DNA from: Leptospiraceae bacterium
GTDB lineage: Bacteria; Spirochaetota; Leptospiria; Leptospirales; Leptonemataceae
Assembly: GCA_040217195.1 (NCBI GenBank)
Contig: JAVJNR010000004.1
Span: 160,001-224,000 of the forward strand
Length of the DNA: 64,000 nucleotides
Direction of reading: 5' to 3'
The notes under the pieces are model-generated. The model had not been told where the DNA came from. It saw only the letters and a list, made by a program, of their open reading frames with translations, and did no database searches. A program made the position numbers and the translations under genes. This document shows, piece by piece, positions 40,987 to 51,900 of the stretch. Position 1 is the stretch's first letter; every line of letters starts with the position of its first letter.

Positions 40987-41992
40987 CCAGACTCCGCGAT
41001 TTCCACTACTGCTTTCCATAATACTGGGACTTTTCATACTCGGTATCAAGTTTTTAGCTTATTACCTCACCGGTTCCATGGCACTCAAGTCCGATGCCCT
41101 GGAAGGCATTGTAAATGTTATGGCAGCCATGTTTGCCTTTGGCTCGGTACTCTATGCTGAAAAGCCAGCCGATGAAGACCATCCCTATGGCCACGGAAAA
41201 ATTGAACTATTCTCTGCAGCCTTCGAAGGTGGACTGATTCTACTGGCTGCTGTGCTCATTACCTATGAATCCGTGGAAAGATTGATTCTTGGCACGGAGC
41301 TACAATCCCTGGGTCTTGGACTGGCATTAAACTTTGGGGCCGGTCTGGCAAACGGTATGCTGGGATTCTACCTGGTGCGAAGCGGCCAAAAACACCGATC
41401 TCGATCCATTGAAGCGGATGGAAAACATCTGATGAGCGATTTCGTAACTACCCTGGGAGTCATGATTGGCCTGGCCATTGTGTACATTACCGGTCTTTCC
41501 TGGCTGGATCCAGCCATTGCCATCCTGTTTTCTGCATGGCTACTCTATGTGGGCTGGGACCTGCTCAGAGAGTCCATTGGTGGACTTTTGGACAATGAAG
41601 ATCCAGAACTACTGGAGAAGCTTGTGGGATCTATGAACCAGCATCGGGTTCCAGAAATCATTTCAGTGCATGAAATGCGGACTCTGCGAAGCGGTAATTA
41701 TACTCATATTGATCTTCATGCGGCGGTACCCGAGCATTATTCGGTGAAGAAAATGCATGAAGTACTGGAGCTATTCGAAAAGCAGGTACTTTCGGTTTCC
41801 GGTATAAATGGGGAATTCCATACCCATGTGGATCCATGTGCGAAACTGTATTGCCGGTACTGCTCGGTGGCCAACTGCTCTATAAGGCTATCTCCCTTTG
41901 AAAAAAGCGTAGACTTTACCATTGAATCGGTAACCGCCGAGGGACCGGACCGGAAGCATTCCACCGGCGGTTACGGCATAGAGCATCGTTAG
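40970..41992 (+). CDS. Cation diffusion facilitator (CDF) transporter with a Cys-rich C-tail
   Basis: KPADEDHPYGHGKIE, ADGKHLMSD and LDP; C-terminal HVDPCAKLYCRYCSVANC. Confidence 0.9.
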   Translation: MPRRASQTPRFPLLLSIILGLFILGIKFLAYYLTGSMALKSDALEGIVNVMAAMFAFGSVLYAEKPADEDHPYGHGKIELFSAAFEGGLILLAAVLITYESVERLILGTELQSLGLGLALNFGAGLANGMLGFYLVRSGQKHRSRSIEADGKHLMSDFVTTLGVMIGLAIVYITGLSWLDPAIAILFSAWLLYVGWDLLRESIGGLLDNEDPELLEKLVGSMNQHRVPEIISVHEMRTLRSGNYTHIDLHAAVPEHYSVKKMHEVLELFEKQVLSVSGINGEFHTHVDPCAKLYCRYCSVANCSIRLSPFEKSVDFTIESVTAEGPDRKHSTGGYGIEHR

Positions 41993-42195
41993 CAAGAATA
42001 GTCCCGATTAATTCCTGGTTACTCATCCGCTGCCATTCATCAGCTGAAAATGCAGAATGCCTGGATTTCTGGCCACTTCCAGGATTCTTTATTTAAACCC
42101 TTACAGTATGCAGTTTCGCTGATTATTCACAATGGTCGGGGCGGCCTGCGCCTGCATCCGTGAGCACCGGTTGGAAAAAAGTGCAGGCTGCCACT

Positions 42196-42212
42196 CTGGT
42201 ACACAAAGTGCA
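42196..42212 (+). promoter_or_regulatory. Putative sigma-54 (-24/-12) promoter
   Basis: CTGGTACACAAAGTGCA: GG (42198-9), 10 nt, GC (42210-1), about 110 nt upstream of an amt gene. Confidence 0.6.
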
Positions 42213-42322
42213 TCGTCTTTGTGGAATATTGAGGAGACCATCTGATTGTGCGCATTCTCCGGGCATTTCGCCCGATTCGATTGCGAATCAGATAGATCCC
42301 ATACAGTTCGCCGGAGGCCTTC

Positions 42323-44392
42323 ATGAATCCCGCTACGTCCGCATCTCTGGACTCATTGCTTGTATTAATTTCCGCGGCTCTAGTTCTTTTTATGCAGGCT
42401 GGATTTCTCTGCGTGGAGTCCGGATTAACCAGAAGCAAAAACTCCATCAATGTCGCGATAAAAAACATCACTGACTTCGGTCTGGCTACTGTGGCTTTCT
42501 GGCTACTTGGATTCGGTCTAATGTTCGGTCCCAGTCTTCTGGGATGGATTGGCAGCGGTAATTTCGCCCCGGAATTTCTGGATGATACAGATGGAGCCAC
42601 TCCCGGTTTCTTCGTTTTCCAGCTGGCATTCTGCGGTACTGCCGCGACCATCGTTTCCGGCGCAGTTGCAGAAAGGCTGAAGTTCCAGGGCTATCTGATT
42701 GTCACTGCGCTGATATCCATCCTGATCTATCCGATACTGGGTCACTGGGCCTGGCATGGGCTTTTCGCCCAGGGTTCTGCAGGATGGCTGGAAGCCAAAG
42801 GATTCGTCGATTTTGCGGGATCCACCGTTGTTCATAGCGTTGGTGGATGGGTTGCTCTGGCTGCACTTCTGGTAATCGGACCGCGCACCGGCCGTTACTT
42901 GAACGGCAAGGTGCAACAAATCAACCCGAGCAATTTACCTATGGCAATGCTGGGAGGAATCATTCTGTGGTTTGGCTGGATAGGATTCAATGGAGGAAGC
43001 TCCATGGCCATGAACGCTTCCGTGGCACCCATTGTAATGAAGACCTTGCTGGCAGCCGGGGCCGGACTTCTGGTATCTCTTGCAACTGGCTGGTTCTTTC
43101 ACAGGTATCCAGAAGCCACGGCCCCTTTGAATGGCTCCCTGGCTGGACTGGTTTCCATCACCGCCAGTTGTCATTCAGTTACAGCATCGGAAGCGTTGCT
43201 TATCGGTGCCATTGGTGGCGCTCTAGTTCGTCCTTCTGAAATGGTTATGGAGCGACTGAAGATTGACGATGCAGTGGGAGCCATTCCGGTACATCTTGTG
43301 GCAGGCATCTGGGGCACTATTGCGGTGGCTCTCTTTGGCGATGCAGCGATCCTGGGAACCGGTCTTGATTTCCCAGACCAACTACTTGTTCAAATGCAGG
43401 GCATTTTTTCTATTGGCCTGAGTGCATTCCTGGTCACTTACCTGCTTCTATGGACGCTCAATCGAATTTTTCCGCTTCGAGTCAGTGCGGAAGAAGAAAG
43501 AGAAGGACTGAATATCTCTGAACATAAAGCGCGAACGGATCTGGTGGATCTATTTCTGGTTATGGATCATCAAAAGAAAACTGGTGATCTGAGTTTTGAC
43601 GTTCCCGTGGAACCATTCACGGAGGTGGGTCAGATCGCAGAGAGATACAACGAAGTGCTGGGACGGGTGCGCACCATCATGCAGGAAAACGAGGAAACCA
43701 GAAAGTCCATTGAGGATGCTTTTGAAACCATCGCCCTGGAACAGAATCGTGCAGAAAAACTATTGCTAAATATTCTGCCGGAGTCTGTGGCAGAAGAGCT
43801 GAAATCGCAAAAAAAGGTAATTGCTCAGAGCGCCAGGGAAGTTACCATCCTTTTCGCAGATATAGTGGGTTTTACGAATCTGGCAGAATCCAGGCAACCG
43901 CACCAGGTGATTGACATTTTGAACCGGGTGTTTTCTGTATTTGATCGACTTACAGATACTTACAGATTGGAGAAAATCAAGACCATTGGAGATGCCTACA
44001 TGGTAGTGGGCGGACTACCGAACTATATGCAGGAGCATGCTACGGCCGTGGCTGGTTTCGCCCTGGAGATTATGAAAGAAGTGAATAAGTTTCGGTTCAA
44101 GGATGGAAGCAGACTGCAGCTTCGAGTGGGAATTCATACCGGACCGGTGGTGGCCGGAGTGATTGGAGAGAAGAAGTTTATTTACGATGTCTGGGGCGAT
44201 GCAGTGAATGTGGCCAGCCGACTGGAGTCCCACAGCCTTCCTGGAAGGATTCATATTTCGGAACAAACGGCCAATCTTGTCAAGGATGAGTTTGATCTGG
44301 AAGCAAGAGGAACCGTTGAGCTCAAAGGAAAAGGCAACGTTCTAACTTATTTCCTTCAAGGTTTACGCCAGTCCGCTCCGGCAGCCGGATAA
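42323..44392 (+). CDS. Ammonium transporter (Amt) fused to a class III adenylate cyclase
   Basis: Amt domain: FMQAGF, FQLAF, DFAGSTVVH, WFGWIGFN, DDAVGAIPVH. Cyclase domain: ILFADIVGFT, EKIKTIGDAYM, RVGIHTG, YDVWGDAVNVASRLES. Confidence 0.93.
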   Translation: MNPATSASLDSLLVLISAALVLFMQAGFLCVESGLTRSKNSINVAIKNITDFGLATVAFWLLGFGLMFGPSLLGWIGSGNFAPEFLDDTDGATPGFFVFQLAFCGTAATIVSGAVAERLKFQGYLIVTALISILIYPILGHWAWHGLFAQGSAGWLEAKGFVDFAGSTVVHSVGGWVALAALLVIGPRTGRYLNGKVQQINPSNLPMAMLGGIILWFGWIGFNGGSSMAMNASVAPIVMKTLLAAGAGLLVSLATGWFFHRYPEATAPLNGSLAGLVSITASCHSVTASEALLIGAIGGALVRPSEMVMERLKIDDAVGAIPVHLVAGIWGTIAVALFGDAAILGTGLDFPDQLLVQMQGIFSIGLSAFLVTYLLLWTLNRIFPLRVSAEEEREGLNISEHKARTDLVDLFLVMDHQKKTGDLSFDVPVEPFTEVGQIAERYNEVLGRVRTIMQENEETRKSIEDAFETIALEQNRAEKLLLNILPESVAEELKSQKKVIAQSAREVTILFADIVGFTNLAESRQPHQVIDILNRVFSVFDRLTDTYRLEKIKTIGDAYMVVGGLPNYMQEHATAVAGFALEIMKEVNKFRFKDGSRLQLRVGIHTGPVVAGVIGEKKFIYDVWGDAVNVASRLESHSLPGRIHISEQTANLVKDEFDLEARGTVELKGKGNVLTYFLQGLRQSAPAAG

Positions 44393-44394
44393 AC

Positions 44395-45018
44395 CTAAAT
44401 ATTCAGATGTTGGTGCAGAGCTTCCAGGATGGCTTCCGGGCTTATGCCCGAAGGAAGCGTTGCCACCAGACGGTCATCCTTATCGATCAAATAGAAGAAA
44501 AGTGAATGATTCACACCGTATTGCCCCATCCCGGGATTGGATGTGGCCGGAGCTTTTTCATATTTCGCTCCCAGGTCCGTGGCCAGGGTTTGAATCTGTT
44601 CTTCCGGTCCGCTGAGTGCGGAAAGTCGCAACGGTGCAAATTGTCTTTCGTAACGTGCCAGTTGTTCTGGACTGTCCCTCTCTGGATCCACACTGATGAA
44701 AATCGCCCGAACTTGATTTTGCAATTCGGGTTGCTGCTTCATAGCTCGACCAAGATTGGACAATGCCATGGGACACATATCCGGACAATGACTGTAGCCC
44801 AGATACAGAATCCTGGGCTCACCTTGAAATGATGACATGGGAACTTCCCGGCCCTTACTGTCGAACAGAGTGATTTGTGCCAGGCTCTTGAGCTCACGTG
44901 CCGGACGCTGCAGGTTCCTGTCCTTTGAAATCCATGATCGAGTGATCAGGAATCCAGCAGTGCCAAACAGTAGTACCAGAAGCAGGGTCATTCCATTCTT
45001 TTTATTTATCGCAGACAT
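44395..45018 (-). CDS. SCO1/SenC copper chaperone
   Basis: GYSHCPDMCP (CxxxC), ISVDPERD and distal His in VNHS; N-terminal TM helix. Confidence 0.93.
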   Translation of the reverse strand: MSAINKKNGMTLLLVLLFGTAGFLITRSWISKDRNLQRPARELKSLAQITLFDSKGREVPMSSFQGEPRILYLGYSHCPDMCPMALSNLGRAMKQQPELQNQVRAIFISVDPERDSPEQLARYERQFAPLRLSALSGPEEQIQTLATDLGAKYEKAPATSNPGMGQYGVNHSLFFYLIDKDDRLVATLPSGISPEAILEALHQHLNI

Positions 45019-45077
45019 TTATTCCTCAGCCATAATTGTGCAACGGTATTACAGAAGCGCTGCACATTCTATTCGAT

Positions 45078-46298
45078 TCAAATCGCAACAATCCAGCCCA
45101 TGGCACCTCTTTCAGCCATATAGGATTGATGAGGGTGAAACATATATCGTCCTTTTCGGGGAAAACGCATTTCCAGTACGGCCCGTTCCGTCTGTCCCAG
45201 AGTAATCACATCTGTATGTGCATCCGGGGTAAGACGAGTGCCGGTGCGATACACATCAAACGTCTGAGCATGCAGATGAAAGGAAGCCACTGGATCGTAT
45301 TCTACCATATTTACAACGTAGAGACGGACCAGTTCCCCCACACGAACTTTGATGGGATATCGACTGTAATATCCTGCAATTCCATTCCAGCAGAACAAAT
45401 CGTTCCTTCCCCTGTTATTCAGATCGTATCCATGCAGCACCAGAACTACTTCTCTAGCGGGGGGTCTGCCCTGGGGAGGATCAACGATTAATGCTCCGAA
45501 CAGGCCTCGGGCAATATGAGGAGCGATGGGCGCTGTGTGGCAATGATAGGGATGCACTCCGGCCGGTCCGGCTTCAATGATGTATTCCGTAGACTTTCCA
45601 GGAGGGATTGGTTCCCATCCATCGAAGTTAACATCATGCGTACCATGAAAATGTAATGAGTGCGGCTCTGATGTTAAATTTCTGAAATTGATCTTAAGAG
45701 TTTCGCCTTCTGTCGCTCGAACCACAGGTCCTGGTACAGTTCCGTTAAATGTCCAGGCGGAAAAGATGGTTCCATGGGCTACGTTCAGTGGTCGTTCAAG
45801 GGTATCTACTGTAAACTCTCTTAGCCTGCCCGGGGCCTGAAGCGGAGGAAGTAAGCCGGTGCTTCTCGTGGACAGTGCCGTATACCTGGGGCCTCCACGC
45901 TTTGCATTTGAACCGTCGGACGGATTTCTAGTCTGCAATGTGCTCAGACTACCTCCGGTAGATTTTCGTTCAAATGCGGCCAGATACGACGCGCCCAGAG
46001 CGGCCGGCGGATGCACCATGCTACCATAAGAATTACCGATTACATCCAGTCCATTTCCTGGATTTGGCTGAGCGGGTCCCAGACTGGATTGATAGGTGGG
46101 CTGAAATGCAGTGCCTGGCTGAGCCGATGCTGGATCGTTGCCTGGCAAACAGGTGGGATCCCCATTGGCTGGAGGCTGAGATCCATAACCGGTGGGAAAG
46201 CTACGACCACTTCCTTTGAGCAGACCTACAAGGCCGCCCCCGGCCACAGCGCCGGCACCACCGAAGCCCAGCCACTTGAGAAAATCCTTACGTTTCAA
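45078..46298 (-). CDS. Two-domain multicopper oxidase with a Tat-like signal
   Basis: MKRKDFLK Tat-like motif; HSLHFHG and YHCH..HIARGL in domain 1; FHLHA and FHPH in domain 2. Confidence 0.88.
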   Translation of the reverse strand: MKRKDFLKWLGFGGAGAVAGGGLVGLLKGSGRSFPTGYGSQPPANGDPTCLPGNDPASAQPGTAFQPTYQSSLGPAQPNPGNGLDVIGNSYGSMVHPPAALGASYLAAFERKSTGGSLSTLQTRNPSDGSNAKRGGPRYTALSTRSTGLLPPLQAPGRLREFTVDTLERPLNVAHGTIFSAWTFNGTVPGPVVRATEGETLKINFRNLTSEPHSLHFHGTHDVNFDGWEPIPPGKSTEYIIEAGPAGVHPYHCHTAPIAPHIARGLFGALIVDPPQGRPPAREVVLVLHGYDLNNRGRNDLFCWNGIAGYYSRYPIKVRVGELVRLYVVNMVEYDPVASFHLHAQTFDVYRTGTRLTPDAHTDVITLGQTERAVLEMRFPRKGRYMFHPHQSYMAERGAMGWIVAI

Positions 46299-46606
46299 GT
46301 GCCCCAGATTGAGGAGATCAACACAAGAATTACCAGTAGAGCTGTTCCTCCAATAACCAGATAGTTTCTTACCCAGGCAGGAAGCTGGCTTTTTCCCAGA
46401 AGGTGATAGGCTCCTGCCCCCACCAGGGGAAGAGCCACGATAGCTCCCACCCAGATAGCCCCTGTTTTGCTCTCCACGTCCTGTCTACGGGATAAATCGT
46501 ACAGCGCCAGTGGAGCCCAAACTGCGAGCAGAATAAACGGTACATAGTAACCGTAGAAACTCAGTAGCAACTGGATAAATCCAGGATTGTCGAATGCCTT
46601 TTCCAT
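46295..46606 (-). CDS. Small membrane protein with a PLDc_N-like domain
   Basis: ALYDL..WVGAIVALPLVGAGAY pattern; resembles the C-terminus of the upstream gene. Confidence 0.75.
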   Translation of the reverse strand: MEKAFDNPGFIQLLLSFYGYYVPFILLAVWAPLALYDLSRRQDVESKTGAIWVGAIVALPLVGAGAYHLLGKSQLPAWVRNYLVIGGTALLVILVLISSIWGT

Positions 46607-46704
46607 ATTTCCCCCGATATTGGTATTATTTCTTTTTCTCAAACTTGTTTCGCTGCAGCCTCAAAAGAACCGAAGCCGGTATTCCATTATAATAAGCAGC
46701 ATCA

Positions 46705-48702
46705 TTACAGAACCAGGGCCACAGCAACCATTAGAACCAGAAGGAAGACTCCTCCTCCAGAGATAAGCATGGAGTTTCGAAGCCATCCGGGCAATGTGCT
46801 GCCACCCCTGAGATGATAGCCCAGGGAACCCAGGAAGGGCACCAGAATTATTGCAATTGTCCAGCCTCTGTTATTCTCCTTTCGCTGATGCATATCCAGA
46901 AAGGCCATAAAGGTCCAGGAAGCATATACAACGAACGGTAACAAATAGGCGAAAATATGATACAGAATTGCCAGGAAACCTCTGGGCACTACAGTCTGGA
47001 TGGATCCCACCAGGGGCGAATCGCCTTTGGATTCGCTCAGATACCTTTCTGCATCTGGATGAAAAGCTGCTTTTTCAATTAGATAACTATGGTCTTCAAA
47101 AGGAGTAAGGGCTGGCTTGATCTCTGCCTTCATTTCATCGGGCATCTCGGCCTGAAGGCCCGGCACAGGTTGCGTCTTATAGTCGCCGGACTCAAAGTTG
47201 CCCAGCTTTGCATCCATCATCATTGCCATGGCACCCATCATCATAGACAGATCGCCGCCCATCATGTATCGAATGGGAGAATCGCATCCGGAAAACTGCT
47301 CCAGACCAAAGGGTATAGTTGTGCTGTAAGAATTTCCAGAAAAACAATTACCCAGGCTGATGGGACCGGAAAGAGAAATGTCCGTGCGGCCGGAACCCAT
47401 GATTACATTGTCTTTCACCGTCGTTCCATGACTTAGCCAGAGGTTCTCCTGAAGATTGGGAAGCATAACGATACCGTTATTTGGATGATTTACGATAATG
47501 TTCTTCTCTATGTGATTTCGCAGTCCACCGGCCACAAGGATTCCGTTTCCAAAGGAAGGCCAGGTAAGAGCTACAAAAGGAGCTTCTATGTTATTGTTAT
47601 TTAGTACGATATTACCCCAGATAGTGGCTTCGCGCTGAGGAGGCAGAAGCTCGCTGTCCAGAGTGTTCGGAGCCAGGCCTACAATGTTGTTCTGCCAGAT
47701 GGAGTTAATCAGATAAAGCTCGCCGCCTGCATTGGTTCCGCTATAACCCAGAGCGCTGTATTCGGCCACAATGTCATGAATAATAGCTTTGCAGGGATAG
47801 CACTGACCTATATAGAACGATGAGTCCGGACTTCCAGATGCATAGGAATGCTTGATCACACCATTCTGAGAATCGAATGCATAGATGCCATAATCTCCGT
47901 TGTTATACGCTGTAAGATGAGAGCCTCGATAGCCCTTGACGCTGGTCCAGAAAAAACCATTAAGAACTGCATTTCGAGCTGTCATGTTTTCGATGGCAAC
48001 CCCATCGGCTCCAACAACCGTTACTGCATTTCCACGTACATGTTCTCCATCAACAATTACGCTGTTTCGATCTTCTCCGCGAAGAATTAATGAAGGTGTA
48101 GTGATCACCACTTCTTCTTTATACACTCCTGGAGCCACAAGTACCAGATCACCGGGATCCGCAGCATCTACCGCTGTTTGAATTGTGGGATACTCGGAGG
48201 GTACTTTTCGGGTAACTCCAGACCATTGTGACACCGGTTCTGTCTTCTTTTGAGTTTGAGGCTGATAGTCTACATCACCTACCACAATGGTACCTACCAT
48301 ACCCACTCTCTGGTCCGGTGTTGCATGAAACGTGCAGTAATAAGGAAAAACACCTTCTTCCGGATAGGTCACACTTGCCTTGTCCCCACCCATCATGTTC
48401 AGGCTACCAAAATCGTTCTCGGTACTCCAGGCATTGTCCACGGCCACAGCATTATGCGGATTTCGGCCAATGTTCTTAAATACGATTGTTCCTCCTTTAT
48501 GAATTCTCTGCAAAGGAGGCGAAAAGGAATTATCGATCATATCTACGTGCACGTAGCCCAGATTTGAGCTATCGCCACATAGAGCTGCCAGGGATCCAAA
48601 TAGCATGGCAGCCAGCGCAATAGAAGCTATTCGCAAATACCCACTTCGCCTATGCACGGCCGCTTTTGATCTTTGTTTTTCGTTTTCTATATCGTTTCGC
48701 AT
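46705..48702 (-). CDS. Cupredoxin + right-handed beta-helix + PLDc_N membrane-anchored protein
   Basis: Type-1 Cu ligands PHN...YYCTFH...GM; beta-helix cap PTIQTAVDAADPGDLVLVAPGVY with Asn-ladder repeats; three C-terminal TM helices; signal peptide ending LAALC. Confidence 0.85.
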   Translation of the reverse strand: MRNDIENEKQRSKAAVHRRSGYLRIASIALAAMLFGSLAALCGDSSNLGYVHVDMIDNSFSPPLQRIHKGGTIVFKNIGRNPHNAVAVDNAWSTENDFGSLNMMGGDKASVTYPEEGVFPYYCTFHATPDQRVGMVGTIVVGDVDYQPQTQKKTEPVSQWSGVTRKVPSEYPTIQTAVDAADPGDLVLVAPGVYKEEVVITTPSLILRGEDRNSVIVDGEHVRGNAVTVVGADGVAIENMTARNAVLNGFFWTSVKGYRGSHLTAYNNGDYGIYAFDSQNGVIKHSYASGSPDSSFYIGQCYPCKAIIHDIVAEYSALGYSGTNAGGELYLINSIWQNNIVGLAPNTLDSELLPPQREATIWGNIVLNNNNIEAPFVALTWPSFGNGILVAGGLRNHIEKNIIVNHPNNGIVMLPNLQENLWLSHGTTVKDNVIMGSGRTDISLSGPISLGNCFSGNSYSTTIPFGLEQFSGCDSPIRYMMGGDLSMMMGAMAMMMDAKLGNFESGDYKTQPVPGLQAEMPDEMKAEIKPALTPFEDHSYLIEKAAFHPDAERYLSESKGDSPLVGSIQTVVPRGFLAILYHIFAYLLPFVVYASWTFMAFLDMHQRKENNRGWTIAIILVPFLGSLGYHLRGGSTLPGWLRNSMLISGGGVFLLVLMVAVALVL

Positions 48703-48974
48703 AACACAGGTTACAGACCTTCACAGGGTTTCGAATGAAATCAACAAAAATTGAAGCGCTGAGGGGAAATTAGTTAAAAAAAGAAATGAAGCGGATGATC
48801 CGGTAGGCAGTAGAAAATCCATGCAGCGCACATTATCGGGGAGAATCTGAAATAAATGCTCCGAAGTTGGCCCCATTGGTGGCATCCGAAGCTTTCAGAT
48901 GAACTTCCTTTTTTTACCGGATGCAATCTGTTAATCTATAAGGAGAATACAGAAAGGGGATTATAGAAGGAAGA

Positions 48975-51900
48975 CTACAGAGATATGCACTGAGTAGCAA
49001 TCATGAGAAGGGCTCTTAGCCTGCTTTCCAGTTCCGACGGCTCCAATCTGCCGGCCTTAACATCGGGCAATACGTAGCCCAGAGATTGTAGCCCCCTCTC
49101 CAGCAAAAAGATATCCAGTAGTTCCTGAACCTGATGCCTTTCGGCGGGAAGCAGATCCCAGGATTCGGTGCGGGCCATATGCTCCAGGTATCCTGCAAGA
49201 AACATGGTAGTCGTAGCATTGTACCATATGGTCACCCAGCGCCTGGCCTGATTGTCTGCCAGACCAGGAAAGCTTCTTCCATTCAATACTTTCATGGATT
49301 CCTTTGCAAAAGACCAGGACATTCCTGCCACATCGCGCAGGGGGCTACCTTTGATTCGACGCTCCGAAAAGCTTCGGTGCACGGACCCTTCGTAGTCCAG
49401 AACAACAAATCCTCTTCCGGTATAAAGTATCTGGCCCAGGTGTAGATCACCGTGCAGTCGAATACGACCGGATTCCAGGTTTCGATCTTTGACATTCTGA
49501 AAAAGCTTATCCATGGGCTTTTGAAATTCCATCAATGCACCAATCAAGCTGATAGTAGTTGAGTCCAGATCGGGCATGGCTTTTCTTAGTTCAGAAATAC
49601 TGTAGTCCAGAGTATTGCGAAGCCCCTGATACAGAGCCCGTCGATAATGCGAAGTAAATGGCTCAACAGCAAAATCCTGATTTTCTTCCGTTCGATCCAC
49701 GGTGCGAAGCCGTGAATGCAATTCGGCTACGGTTTCTCCCATTTCCTGAGCAGAAACTAGAAAATTGCCGGTAGATTCCTGAAGGACTTCAGGCATATCC
49801 GATCGCTGTCCTTGAATCCATTCATCCACATCCACGTAGGGATGATTATAACTCAATGCCGGTACAATACGAAGAAAGCTCTCCAGGTTATCCCGGGTAA
49901 ACATCAATGCCGTTCCCTGGCTGGGTATGTACTCCCAGAAGCTTCCGGCACTCATTTCCATCCCATTGTCGCTGTAGGACAGAGCCCCATAGGCAGCAGC
50001 AATACCACCGCCGGACTGCCTGGTCAGCGCCATACCGGTTTCCAGTTCTGGATGGACTCCTTCTTCCATGCGGCGATAGAGTTTGAAGACTACCCTGTCA
50101 CCAAAGTTAAAAACAATATTATTGTACTTGCTGCTAAATGGGATGGGGGCCTGGGAAAGATCCAGACCTTTCAAAGCAGACTTCATTTCCTTGCTGAGCT
50201 CCGGAATTAGTCGAGTTCCATCGGATCGAATCTGCTTATTTCGCAGTGCAGCTTCCAGTAGTCTTTGTGCCGGCTCCCAGCGCCCCAGGCATTCGCGCAA
50301 CAGAAATCGCCGCTTACTACCATCGTCAACTGTTAGACGGGCCACTATGGGCACACGCTCGGCTATATCTTCCAGAGTGAGTCCGTACCAGAGCTCTTCT
50401 GGCTGATCTTCTTCTTCCAGCTGGAAGCAGGTCTGGTAATACTCCTGCTCACCGGAACTAAATACTACATCGATAATGGCCAGTCCCATCTCATCAGCCC
50501 AGGGATGTACCGAACGAACAATTCTGGCTGACTTGATATTACGCGTACGGTGAGGAAACCAATCTTGCTGTCTTAAGAAATCCGGAAGAATCGGTGACAA
50601 TAGATCCCTGGCCTGGGAGTCCAGCAAGGATGCCAGGGAAGGTAAGTTGTTCAGCTTGATCTCCGGCACTTCATCGGGACCGCGATAGTGCTGGGTTTCA
50701 TTTTCCAGGGAAAACCAGTAAAACGAGAATGGAGCAAATGAGAAAAAATACGGATTTTGAGTAACCCGGGGAAATGTATGTCTGGAAAACATTTCCACCG
50801 GAAGCTTGCCTGAATGATCGCTCAGATCCAGGGATGTGTATTGAACCTGTGCAGATAGATTGGCCAGAACCAGAATCGTCTGACCGTTCAGTTCTCGAAA
50901 AAAAGCCAGTATCTTGCGATTTTCGCATCTAACAAACTCCAGAGTGCCCTGACTGAATGCTGGAATTTGTTTTCGCAATGAAATAATTCGCTTCATCCAC
51001 CATAAGAGTGAATTGGGGCTATTTTGCTGGGCTTCCACATTCACAGATTCATAATGATAATCGGGGTCAATGTTTACAGGTAAGAACAATCTTTGTGGAT
51101 TTGTGCGAGAGAAGCCTGCATTCCGATCGGGGCTCCATTGCATAGGAGTGCGAACACTGTCCCGATCGCCCAGAAATATATTGTCACCCATGCCAATTTC
51201 ATCACCGTAATAGATAACAGGGGTTCCAGGCATGGAAAAAAGCAACGCATGCATCAATTCCACTTTACGTCTGTCATTTTCGAGCAAAGGAGCGAGTCTG
51301 CGTCGTATTCCAAGATTGATCCTGCTGCGCGGATCTCTTGCATACATTCGCACCATGTAATCCCGCTCCTCATCGGTAACCATTTCCAGAGTCAGCTCAT
51401 CATGATTTCTGAGAAAAACGGCCCACTGGCATCCGTCCGGCAGTTCAGGAGTTTGATCAACAATGTCAATGATAGGAAAGCTATCCTCCATGCGCACAGA
51501 CATGAACATTCTGGGCATTAATGGAAAATGAAAGGCCATGTTACATTCATCGCCTTCACCAAAGAATGTAACGCTGTCCTCAGGCCATTGGTTCGCTTCC
51601 GCCAGGAGCATTCGACCGCGATACTTTCCGTCAATATGCGACCTCAGTTTTTTTAGAAAAGCATGGGTTTCGGGCAAATTTTCGCAGGAAGTTCCTTCTT
51701 TTTCATAGAGATATGGAATAGCATCCAGTCGCATTCCATCCACACCCATATCCAGCCAGAAATCCAGTACATCGAAGACTTCCTGTTGCACTTTTGGATT
51801 CTCAAAGTTCAAGTCAGGCTGATGCGAATAGAATCGATGCCAGTAGTACTGACCGGCCAACTCATCCCAGGTCCAGTTTGAGTTTTCAAAATCCTGGAAA

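Noticed and set aside
45078..46298. Copper nitrite reductase NirK
   Set aside because: It has HSLHFHG instead of the HNIDFH motif with the catalytic Asp, a Leu axial position, and HxH pairs typical of a trinuclear oxidase.
48731..48744. FNR/CRP-like box upstream of the copper cluster
   Set aside because: Only one half-site matches well (TTGAT-N4-TTCGA on the minus strand); too weak to call.
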